Below, piece after piece: positions 27,151 to 38,262 of a stretch of 64,000 nucleotides of DNA. The DNA is from Macrostomum hystrix. Its lineage: Eukaryota > Animalia > Platyhelminthes. Position numbers and translations under genes: made by a program. The DNA is taken from NCBI GenBank assembly GCA_950097015.1, contig CATNEN010000007.1:8122001-8186000 (forward strand), written 5' to 3'. The notes beneath the pieces were generated by a model. It was given only the letters and a program-made list of their open reading frames with translations. It was not told where the DNA came from and did not search any database. The first letter of the stretch is position 1, and each line of letters begins with the position of its first letter.

Positions 27151-29569
27151 CTAGCTTTTTTTGCCCGTTGTTTTTGGGGCAGAAATTTAAAGCAAAGCAG
27201 TAAGCAATTCACGTCTCTGTATTAACTTTATAGTGAAGGTCACCATTTATTTATTTACTGCATGAATGAAAAGTGAAGAGTTTGTTTAAGGGCGTACTGG
27301 CTCTGACAGCCAGTCAACGTCAGCATATCGAACCATCAGGTTCGGGTAAACTTTTGCCTTGAGCTCCTGCACTGACTGCACAATGGTTCCGATTGTAGCG
27401 ATCGATGACTGCCCATTCTCTGTGCTAATCTCCAGCAGACCATTGCCGATTCGCAATAGATTGGCAGAGAACTCATGAGCTGTTTCGTCTCCTTGAATTG
27501 TAGCTCTCATGTTTGTTCGTAGGTGCAACTTCACAACCGATGGCCACAGGTGAGATGATTTTAGGAAAGCATTAATCTCATCAGCAGGAGTGCCTCGCGG
27601 AATCACAGGCAGCGTCTGTCTAAAGTCTCCAGACAGCAGCAGAGTGACACCACCCATCAGTTGATTGCTATTGCGCAGGTCTTTCAAAGTTAAGTTGAGT
27701 GCTTCAAATGCCAGTTTGTGGGACATGGTACACTCATCCCAGACGATAAGCTTGCAAGCCTGAAGCACTCTGGCAGTGCCTGTGTTTTTCTTGATGTTGC
27801 ACAGCGGATTCTCCGCTCAAGACAGATCAAGCGGCAACTTCAGTGCTGAGTGGGCAGTGCGACCGCCTGGCAGCAAGGTGGCTGTAATTCCAGAGGAAGC
27901 TACAGCAATGGCAACGTCGCCTCGTTGCCTGACCTTTGCCAGAAGGAGGTTGATTAGAAATTTTTTTCCTGTGCCACCTGGAGCATCAAGAAAAACCATG
28001 CCACCAACGTTGTTGTTGACTCTGCGCAATAGCTCGCGGTACGCCTCTAGCTGCTCAGGCATGAGTCGGGGCTCATTCTCCTCTATGAACTGTCCCAGCT
28101 GCTCCTGGTCATCCAGCTCTTCCAGCAGTCCCAGTCGCTGACATGCTTCATGAAAAGTTTGGCAGGTATGGCCTTCCACCGTTCTAATGTGTCTAAATGA
28201 CGTCGGACCAATCACGGTGTGTAGCAGGTAGTAGCATTCACTGTGGTTTGGGTGCACCGTGTACTCTGGCTAATGCATCAGTCTGTCGTATTTCAGGATG
28301 GCCTGGAACTGCAGCGCCTTGAACCCGCCGCTTCCATCCTTTCGAAGAGGCGTTCCATGTGTAATAGGCAGGCACCTGGTGGTACAGCAAAGTCCTGGCA
28401 AAGGGGTCTTCAGCGCACAACTTGAAGAAAGCAGTAAGAGTAGTGTCCTGTGGCCTTTGAGCACGCTGCTGGATGTTCTCCTCCGTAAAGTATACTCTCT
28501 GACCGTTTTCCAGGTGCACACTGAGGTGCATGACAGTTGGGTGGCGTTCATGAATAGAGAATCCGAAGATTCGCCACATTGCCTCGTTAGAGCTGATACC
28601 TTCCGCTCTTGAAGCGATTGACTTCGTCAAATTCGTTTACTATGCCTCCAGGTCCCTCAATGTTGAACACTGCTTGGTCGCTACCCTTGTTCACGTACTT
28701 GCAAATGTACTTGATTGATTTAACAGAGTTGCAGTACTCAACGTTGATGTGTGGATTGAACACCTTGGACAGTAGCGGGCAGTAGGGAACGACCCATCTG
28801 TTGTCCAGATCGATCTCTTCATTCCCATGGCTGCATAGAATAATGCGAGTGGTAAAGCCGCCATCCTCACGTGATCTCCGTCGATACAGCGGATAACCGT
28901 CTTGTATTTTAGCAAAGCACTGTACGCCAGCCTCTCTCTTTCTTCTATCCCAGGCTGGCTGGAGAGAAATATTGACCAGAGAGCCCTGCGCACTGGGACG
29001 CCACCGCACTCACCGCACTCAGTCTCAGTGCTGCTTGGGGGCCAGTAGACAGTCTAGGGGTTTGGGCTGTGTACATTCACGGCTTGAAATACAATGTACA
29101 GTCTGGGGCTTCGGCGCCCGGGGAAGGGAGGGGGTGGCTGTATTAAAATTTGGCCCGCAGAGTGGCGGAGGGGAGTTGGGGTGGCTGTCCTCGGAAAACA
29201 AAAAGTGACTCACTTTGAGATGATGCAGCTTTGCTCTGGATTGAGTAGAGATGTTCAAAATTGACAGCATTGTTGGAAAACATGTAAAGTGTAAGTGGAT
29301 CAAATTTGGAGAAAATCTGACAAAGTGGGGCGACGATATGTCGAATTGAGTGATTTTTTGACGATTTTTGAGCAGTTTTTTGCACTTTTGAGCAGGAAGG
29401 AAATGATTTTTCTGGAATTTGAGTAGCCTATTGCACTCAGCGTAGGTGGTTTTAGGTATGTGCAAAGTTTGGTGCGATTTGGTTGAGCGGTTTCGGCGTC
29501 TATAAAGACAAAAGGTTGCACACAGACAGACAGACAGACAGACAGAGTTTTCACTTTTATATATATAGA
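27151..29569 (-). mobile_element. Helitron copy 3 carrying a frameshifted Rep C-terminal region and the helicase N-terminal half
   Basis: Same 5' end (TC at 29568-29569) and a short 3' end (CTAG 27151-27154). Fragments DGYPLYRRR, DNRWVVPY..HINVEYC..IKYICKYVNKGSD, SSNEAMWRIF, FLDAPGGTGK, IVWDECTM, GDFRQTLPV are spread over several frames. Confidence 0.92.
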
Positions 29570-29652
29570 TAGATATATATACATACGTATATATATAATT
29601 TGTACCTTACATATACCGACAAATAATTAGTTCAATAAGTCAAACGTGTTAC

Positions 29653-29696
29653 GCTCGTACAACCACTTCGGGTGTTGTAAGCGAGCATACAGCTAG
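29653..29696 (+). mobile_element. Possible orphan Helitron 3' terminus of another family
   Basis: Imperfect hairpin gctcg-tacaac..gttgta-..cgagc followed 6 nt later by CTAG|T. Confidence 0.45.
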
Positions 29697-29757
29697 TGCA
29701 TGTATAGCCTCCGATTTGATGTGTCTATTAATATTTATTACGTCCTAATTCATAGTA

Positions 29758-29796
<39 letters not shown>

Positions 29797-30086
29797 TATA
29801 GTATAACTATACTAGTTTATATAAGTGTTTATTACGATTTGCGATACCCTATATTCGTACGTCCATCTCTTTCCCTACAGAATATTTTTAGCTGCCCTGC
29901 TTTCGCATGCTACTTGTAGTAGCAGCCTTCTATGGACAAATTCTATAAAAAACCGTCATGTCCTGATTGGTTCGGCGAATACTCCTATGATGGAGCGATC
30001 TGAATAAATATATCCCAATTTGAGCTGCCAAAGCCTTCCTCCTTATTTCTCTGCATCCGCCACCTTCGCCAGCAGCAACTCGAGCC

Positions 30087-31792
30087 ATGCATCATCTGGC
30101 ACCTATGGCGCCAACTCGGCCGCCGCTGACGCTGTTCCTGACGCTGCTGCTGGCCTCCATAACGCTGCGCTGCACAATGGCACAACGGACTGTGAGTTGT
30201 ACTCAATCTATGGTCGGAAGCCAGGCTCGTTTCTAAAGCCGTTTTACCACCCGACCACAGCCGCAACCGCAGATTTTGTGTACAGCTATACAGTCCGCGG
30301 ACAAATTTCTACCCCAGCTGATGTTGGAACCCCTTTCACAGCTGGGTGAATTCAAATACTAGGGAATTAAGACAAGAGCTGCGTCTTTTGGGTTGCGATT
30401 CGAACTCCCGACCTCTCAGTCAGGAATCCAAAGCTCTAACCACTGGACTACCGACTCGAACTCCCGACCTCTCAGTCAGGAATCCGAAGCTCTAACCACT
30501 GGGCTACCGCAAGCTTTCGCTAGCAAGGCTAAGCCACACAGCCTGTATTCGTTAGTTCAGAATGATAATTCCCTCTGGCACAGCAGCAACGTCATCATAT
30601 TCCCTAAAATATCCTCAGACAACCCATGGCCTAAAAAACACACTGTCTATGCCGGGAATGCGGCTGTGTTATCAGGAACAGATTTGTTTCCCCTAGGGGA
30701 GAGGCAAGCCTCAATCTGGTATCAGCAAGCTTCATTATGGGAGCGGCCTGACATTTTCCCGCTGCCAATGCGCCATTTTTATTGCGCACAGCAGCATCAG
30801 TTCTGCTGGAGTCTATAGAATGCAGTGTTAACAAAACCAAACTGAATTGCTGCTGTTATATGGGCTTGGCAGCAAGCAGAAAATAATGGTAATAGAAAGA
30901 TAATAAGCAAGCAGAAAACCAACACGGCTATGAGACGTGTCCACCGGTCCCCTTCAGCTGAGCCACACCTGTCCCCACCTTCACCGGTCCCCTTCAGCTG
31001 AGCCACACCTGTCCCCACCTTCACCGGTACCCTTCACCTGAGCCACACCTGTCCTCCCCTTCACCTGCCCCCTTCTCCTGAGCCACACCTGTCCCCACCT
31101 CCACCGGTCCCCTTCAGCTGAGCCACACCTGTCCCCACCTCCACCGGTCCCCTTCTCCTGAGCCACACCTGTCCCCACCTCCACCGGTCCCCTTCAGCTG
31201 AGCCACACCTGTCCCCACCTTCACCCGCCCCCTTCTCCTGAGCCACACCTGTCCCCACATTCACCGGCCCCCTTATCCTGAGCCACACCTGTCCTCCCCT
31301 TCACCCGCCCCCTTCTCCTGAGCCACACCTGTCCTCCCCTTCACCCGCCCCCTTCACCTGAGCCACACCTGTCCTCCCCTTCACCCGCCCCCTTCTCCTG
31401 AGCCACACCTGTCCCCACCTTCACCGGTCCCCTTCAGCTGAGCCACACCTGTCCCCACCTTCACCGGTCCCCTTCAGCTGAGCCACACCTGTCCCCACCT
31501 TCGTCCGCAGTACTACGAACAGCAGATGGAGCGGGCCCTGGAGCGTCAGTTCAAGCCTTGCATTTTGCGCAGCATTGGCTGCCCAACCGACGGCAGCCTG
31601 AACTATCCCGTCATCCGCTCGATGGTCTGCTACCTGGTGCACCGCCGGCTGCTCGGCTCCGGCCGCCAGCTGCCTCCGGAGTGTCGCTGCAGATACGCCG
31701 GCAAGAGCGAGGCCTGTGATAGGGCCTGCTACTATGCTTACCTGCGGGCCAGCCACCTGGCTGCTCTGGCGCTGGGGCCGCCTGTCAATTAG
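30087..31792 (+). CDS. Small secreted cysteine-containing protein (128 aa), 2 exons
   Basis: Exon 30087-30191 (MHHLAPMAPTRPPLTLFLTLLLASITLRCTMAQRT|gtgagt; signal peptide) joins in phase 0 to exon 31511-31792 (ccgcag|YYEQQMERALERQFKPC..PPVN*). GC-rich codon usage as in the other genes. Confidence 0.72.
30255..30510 (-). mobile_element. tRNA-derived SINE family A with tandemly duplicated head
   Basis: tcgaactcccgacctctcagtcaggaatcc.aagctctaaccactgg.ctacc occurs twice (about 30400-30452 and 30457-30509); the body matches 525-790. Confidence 0.6.
30940..31502. repeat. Minisatellite, 40-bp unit agccacacctgtccccaccttcaccggtccccttcagctg, abutting the acceptor at 31510
   Basis: Visible array. Confidence 0.95.
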
Positions 31793-32273
31793 GCTGATGG
31801 GCTGTCATTTTAGCTGATTGGCTGTCAATAAGGCTTATGGGCTGTCAATTAGACTAATCAGGAGTCAATTAGACTAATCAGCAGTCAATTAGACTAATCA
31901 GCTGTCAATTAGACTAACCAGGAGTCAATTAGACTAATCAGGAGTCAATTAGACTAATCAGCTGTCAATTAGACTAATCAGCTGTCAATTAGACTAATCA
32001 GGAGTCAATTAGACTAATCAGGAGTCAATTAGACTAATCAGCTGTCAATTAGACTATTCAGCTGTCAATTAGACTAATCAGCTGTCAATTAGACTAATCA
32101 GCTGTCAATTAGACTAATCAGCTGTCAATTAGACTATTCAGCTGTCAATTAGACTAATCAGCAGTCAATTAGACTATTCAGCTGTCAATTAGACTAATCA
32201 GCTGTCAATTAGACTATTCAGCTGTCAATTAGACTAATCAGCAGTCAATTAGACTAATCAGCTGTCAATTAGA
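31782..32273. repeat. Minisatellite, 20-bp unit gctgtcaattagactaatca, starting at the gene's stop codon
   Basis: Visible array. Confidence 0.93.
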
Positions 32274-33259
32274 GGAATTTTAGCTCTTGCATTGAGGGAT
32301 CTAATAGAATTTCGCTGGTCCAGTTGTGGCTTTTGAATCGGTGCGCTTTCGTGTTTGAAATCTGTGTGGCATCAGCAAAGACTCAAGCGGAATTAACTTT
32401 AGCGAAACTTCATCTATCTGTGATGCAACAACTGCGGTGCACTGCAGTATATTTGTACACACCTGTGTTTTTCCTACTCTATTGATTACTTCACAATCAA
32501 CTTTTAATTCACTGCTAGTGTAATAAACATGGTATGAAACTATGTATAAATGCATCTGACAACATTCGCTTCATTCGATTCAAATTTTGCTTTCTCCGAT
32601 TCCAGCTACGATTCCTGGTTCGATTCCCTTGGTTCTATTATCCTTTTCTGGAGTCTATTCCACAGTTTCCTGCTTCGATTCTTAATTTGCTTTTTCCTAT
32701 TCCTGCTTCGATTCCTGGTTTGATTCCAATGGCTTTGTTATCATTTTCTAGAGTTTATCTTACAGTTTTCTTCTTCGATTCAGGCTAGAATCTTGTTCAG
32801 GCTAAGGGCTTTCTGAGTTAAAGTGAAAGGGCTGTCAACAAGCTCTGTGTACTTTTGTGCGGAAGAGTTCAACAGCGGCTAACAAGGCGTTTTTGCTAGT
32901 CCGATCGATTGTGGGTTCAAAACTGCTCTGATTGTGTATTGTAAACTGATTTTCCATTGGTCTCGGACCTGACTACGCCCACGCAGTCGCCGACTCGCTC
33001 GCGCCAGCAATTACGCAGTCATCCAGTCGGCGCGGGCAGTGGCTGGCTAGCTGCCAAATCAGACAGCGCATGAGTTATTGCCCCTGATCCTTTGCTTGCC
33101 ATTCGAATTGATTAGCAGCTGCGGATCTGTTCCAAATCAACACGCTTTGTTATACCGAAAATATCGCTTTCTGCTCTCCGCAGAAGAACCATCGACGGCA
33201 ATGTTATTGCATTGGGACTAATCAATGCAGCAAAAGTGCTATCCAGCTGGATTTAGACC

Positions 33260-34130
33260 TAATTTGATTTCTCCAGTTCCTGCTTCGATTCCTGCTTCGA
33301 TTCCTGCTTCGATTCCTGCTTTGATTCCTGCTTCGGTTCCTGCTTCGGTTCTAATTTAGATTTCTCTGATTCCTGCTTCGATTCCTGCTTCGATTCCTGC
33401 TTTGATTTCTGCTTCGGTTCTAATTTAGATTTCTCTGATTCCTGCTTCGATTCCTGCTTCGATTCCTGCTTCGATTCCTGCTTTGATTCCTGCTTCGGTT
33501 CTAATTTAGATTTCTCTGATTCCTGCTTCGATTCCTGCTTCGATTCCTGCTTTGATTTCTGCTTCGGTTCTAATTTAGATTTATCCGATTCCTGCTTCGA
33601 TTCCTGCTTCAATTTCTGCTTCGGTTCTAATTTAGATTTCTCTGATTCCTGTGTCGATTTATCCTATTTCTGCTTCGACTCTAGCTTCGATTCCTCTGAT
33701 TCCTGCTTCGATTCTATTGTAAATTACTTGTCTTTGCTGCTTCGATTCTAACTTTGATTCTAGTTTCTATTTATCTAATTCATGCTTCGACTCTAGCTTC
33801 GACTCCTCCGATTCCTGCTTCGATTCTTGCTTCGATTCCTCCGATTCCTGCTTAGATTTCTCCGATTTCTGCCTCGATTTCTCCTTTTTCTGCTTCGATT
33901 TTAGCACCAACTTATCAGATAGCTGATTCAATTCTATATTCAATTAACCCTGTCCACTGCTTCGATTCTAGCTTCGATTCTAGCTTCGATTCTAGCTTCG
34001 ATTCTAGCTTCGATTCTAGCTTCGATTCTAGCTTCGATTCTAGCTTCGATTCTAGCTTCGATTCTAGCTTCGATTCTAGCTTCGATTCTAGCTTCGATTC
34101 TAGCCTCTATTCTTGCTTCGATTCCTAAAA
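33260..34130. repeat. Minisatellite, 12-bp units gattcctgcttc / gattctagcttc with higher-order blocks
   Basis: Visible array. Confidence 0.9.
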
Positions 34131-34832
34131 AATTCTAGCTTTGATTAGCTTCTCGATTTGAACATTTTAAGTGTATTAAGTGAAACTTATTATTAACCAT
34201 GAGAATGGGTGTTAGTGAGCTAAACCTTCTATTGTTCTCGAAAGGTGAAGGTGAAATTTTGAGTTCCTCTCCCAAGCAAACAGAGCAGTTTAATACCAAG
34301 ACTTGTCAACTCACTCGTTGTGCATTGCCAGTTAATTATCTAAACAAAATATTTCTTTCTTGACCTAGAAAGATACACAAAAAACTTCAAAGAAACCATC
34401 TGCCCTGCTGCTTGAAGGCCGGAGAGACAGATGTGAGCGCCTCAACTAGCCAACTGGCTGCAATGCTCGCCAAATATACTCGAAACTCGCCTTCTGCACA
34501 GAAATATGAATTGATAAATAGCCGTCAGGACCAGAGACGGCCTTCTTAAACAAAAGAAAAACAGCTCGCGGTCCATCTACGCGTTTGGAAAGCAAAATTA
34601 TTTTTAGAGTGAAAAGGAAGAGCAATTTTCCACTCAGGTTGCATAGCAGCAATTTGAAGGTGAGGAGACTCGCTTATGACTTTAGTGATAACAGTCCATT
34701 ATAATATCTCAATCGCAAAAGCCTTTTTAAATATTTTTTCTACAGCTTTTATGTTTGAAGTCTTCGATATTCTCTAGAACAATATATTGTCATGAAACAT
34801 CTGAAATGGCATTTCCACGAGCACAATCAGCG

Positions 34833-35463
34833 CTGTCTGTTCCTGTCTGTTCCTGTCTGTTCCTGTCTGTTCGTGTCTGTTCGTGTCTGTTCCTGTCTGT
34901 TCCTGTCTGTTCGTGTCTGTTCCTGTCTGTTCCTGTCTGTTCCTGTCTGTTCCTGTCTGTTCCTGTCTGCTCCTGTCTGTTCCTGTCTGTTCCTGTCTGT
35001 TCCTGTCTGTTCCTGTCTGTTCCTGTCTGTTCCTGTCTGTTCCTGTCTGTTCCTGTCTGTTCCTGTCTGTTCCTGTCTGTTCCTGTCTGTTCCTGTCTGT
35101 TCCTGTCTGTTCCTGTCTGTTCCTGTCTGTTCCTGTCTGTTCCTGTCTGTTCCTGTCTGTTCCTGTCTGTTCCTGTCTGTTCCTGTCTGTTCCTGTCTGT
35201 TCCTGTCTGTTCCTGTCTGTTCCTGTCTGTTCCTGTCTGTTCCTGTCTGTTCCTGTCTGTTCCTGTCTGTTCCTGTCTGTTCCTGTCTGTTCCTGTCTGT
35301 TCCTGTCTGCTCCTGTCTGTTCCTGTCTGTTCCTGTCTGTTCCTGTCTGTTCCTGTCTGTTCCTGTCTGTTCCTGTCTGTTCCTGTCTGTTCCTGTCTGT
35401 TCCTGTCTGTTCCTGTCTGTTCCTGTCTGTTCCTGTCTGTTCCTGTCTGTTCCTGTCTGTTCC
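34833..35463. repeat. Microsatellite (tcctgtctgt)n
   Basis: Near-perfect 10-bp array. Confidence 0.98.
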
Positions 35464-35494
35464 AATTTTAGTCATTCAAAATTTGGGATTGCGC

Positions 35495-36425
35495 GGATTT
35501 AGGAGGTGCGGATTTAGGAGGGGCGGATTTAGGAGGGGCGGATTTAGGAGGGACGGATATAGGAGGGACGGATATAGATGGATTAAAGTTGGCGGATGTA
35601 GGTGGGGCGGATTTGGGAGGGGTTGATTAAGGAGGGGTGGATTTAGGAGGGGCGGGTATTGGAGGGGCAGTTTTAGGAGGCATAGATTAAGGAGGGGCGG
35701 ATTTAGAGGGGCGGATTAAGAGGGGTAGATTAAGGAGGCCGGATTTTGGAGGGGCGGGTTTAGAAGGGCGGATTTAGGAGGGGCGGATTTAGGAGGGGCG
35801 GATTTAGGAGGGGCGGGTTCAGAAGGGCGGATTTAGGAGGGGCGGATTTAGGAGGTGTGAATTAAGGAGGTGTGGATTTAGGAGGGGCAGATTTAGGAGG
35901 GGCAGATTTAGGAGGGGCAGATTTAGGAGGGGCAGATTTAAGAGGGGCAGATTTAGGAGGGACAGATTTAAGAGGGGCAGATTTAGGAGGGGCAGATTTA
36001 GGAGGGGCAGATTTAGGAGGGGCAGATTTAGGAGGGGCAGATTTAAGAGGGGCAGATTTAGGAGGGGCAGATTTAGGAGGGCCAGATTTAGGAGGGGCGG
36101 ATTTAGGAGGGGCGGATTTAGGAGGGGCGGGTTCAGAAGGGCGGATTTAGGAGGGGCGGATTTAGGAGGTGTGAATTAAGGAGGTGTGGATTTAGGAGGG
36201 GCAGATTTAGGAGGGGCAGATTTAGGAGGGGCAGATTTAAGAGGGGCAGATTTAGGAGGGGCAGATTTAAGAGGGGCAGATTTAGGAGGGGCAGATTTAG
36301 GAGGGGCAGATTTAGGAGGGGCAGATTTAGGAGGGGCAGATTTAAGAGGGGCAGATTTAGGAGGGGCAGATTTAGGAGGGCCAGATTTAGGAGGGGCAGA
36401 TTTAGGAGGGGCGGGTTTAAGATTT
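35495..36425. repeat. G-rich minisatellite, 15-bp unit gatttaggaggggc(a/g), with a ~310-bp higher-order duplication
   Basis: Visible array. Confidence 0.95.
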
Positions 36426-36541
36426 ATCTACTACTCGTCCATAATCGTCATATTGTTTGAATTAGTGCCTCAGCATCCGAGAAGCCGACTCTGACTCACT
36501 GATCCCCACTCCGAACCCGCTGCTTCTAGAACTTCGGCGCA

Positions 36542-36943
36542 ATGTCTAGCGGCACCTTTCAAGGCGGCTCGGTGTGGATGAAGGCGGCCTTCGTGCTGAT
36601 CACAATAGGCTTCGTGGTGTGGCTCACCTCCTCGATTGCTTTGTCGCCAACCAGCAGCAGCAGCCAGAATGACGCCTACTTGTCCTTCCTCATCATCGGC
36701 GTCTGCACCTACTACCTGGCCGTGCTGCTCTACTTTCTCTACCTGTTCGTGGATGACACGGCGGGCAACTCGGTGGTGCTGATCATCGGCCTGGTGTTCG
36801 CCTTCCTGGCCTGCTTCAGCGGCATCATCGTGCTGGTCATCGCCCGGATCATCGGGCACTCGGACCGCTTAGCCTACTCGGCTGTGTGCGCCCTGGTGGC
36901 AGCGATCTTCGGCATCGTGCAGCTGCGCTGCTCGCCGTCCTGA
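36542..36943 (+). CDS. Small four-pass membrane protein (133 aa), intronless; claudin/MARVEL-like topology, family unassigned
   Basis: Four hydrophobic segments with short loops, GC3-rich codons, acceptor ttctag| at 36529 just before the ATG. Confidence 0.75.
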   Translation: MSSGTFQGGSVWMKAAFVLITIGFVVWLTSSIALSPTSSSSQNDAYLSFLIIGVCTYYLAVLLYFLYLFVDDTAGNSVVLIIGLVFAFLACFSGIIVLVIARIIGHSDRLAYSAVCALVAAIFGIVQLRCSPS

Positions 36944-38262
36944 TGGTATCGTCCTGATGGCGATGGAGGACCTCGAGGCAGTTTATGGCAGTCATTTTCG
37001 CACACAATAGCCAGTAATGAGTGTAAAGGCACACAATGTTTTCAAAATAAATTTCCAACCAGCCTACTTGCTGGACAGTAGACTGTTAAGAGGGCTTGCT
37101 TAAAAATTCAAAAAGATCTGACTTAGAGCCATTGTAAACAAGCTTACTTGGAATGTGCCCCATGTTGGTCGCTTTTCTGTTTCTGGTTTTGCGGTATCAA
37201 AAGCACTGCCAAATACAAAAAGCTGAGCTATACGGCTATGCTAATTACAAAACAAATGGTTATTTTCTGTTAAATATCAGACTTCTGTTGATCAGCTGTG
37301 TTTAGTGCGAATCAGTTAGTGCGGATGTAACTGCTAGTGGCACAGCAGCAGCTGTGGCCGCGTACAGCTGTTCAGTCCGTGGACTGGGGAGGCTGGCTGG
37401 TAGTCTCGTAACCATTTGACAGCTGGGGCATTGGAGCACTCGGCAATTCAGTGTGCTCAAAGACACGAATTGTCTCCCTTAGCTGCGATGCGAACTTTCA
37501 AATAAATTTGACAATTGGCTCTGACAATAGCCTGCAGTTTCATGACCCGTGAGAATCATTTTAGCCCCTCCTAATTGAGTTAAGGAGCGAAGGTGCAGAG
37601 AAGGAACTGGAAACTGCGTGTCCTAGCTTACAGCAGCTGTCCACGGTGCCAAGTGGTCACTTGCCTGCCAGCTGGGCGCATGTATTTACTCGTAACATGC
37701 TCCAGTCCTGCTCACAGCCTCTCCGTGCCCTCTCTACCACATCAATGCTACTCCCAGGTCTCTAAGTCTCATGGAACTTTACTTTGCCATCGACCATTTC
37801 TGCCGCTCGCCTCGCTGCCTCTGCATTTTCCCACCGGACCGGCATCTCGGCCTATTATGTTCTTGGAAAGAGAGCTAACAGGCAGAGCTGCCACAGCCAG
37901 TTGTACCCCTGCCCCACCTTTCTGCCTTCCAACCTGCTTCATGCCAGGGGCCGGGGTACAGATTCAAGTGAGACAGGCCCCCAGTCACGCACGCGCGACA
38001 AGAAACCGTTTGCTCTCTCACCTGACTCACTCAGCTCAGTCGGCCGTCCCAGCTACAACAGCCCTCCAAACAAAGCGCCAACCCCAGGCCCGCCACCCCA
38101 CCGCACTGCGAGCCTTCTCTCTGTTTCTAAAATAGCATTCATTTTCTCTCATTAACGGCAATCTGACTGCAGAGCAGACACCCGCTGTGCTGGGACACAA
38201 GAGTTTTTACAGAATACCTAATTTAGCCAGCGGGGGTCCTACACGAATCGCTGGCTTCGCCG

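Noticed and set aside
33259-35626. Long repetitive ORFs here and at 2157, 13731, 40389, 46355, 56265, 57682 and 60341
   Set aside because: They are translations of stop-free satellites, open in several frames and strands, without splice or codon-usage support.
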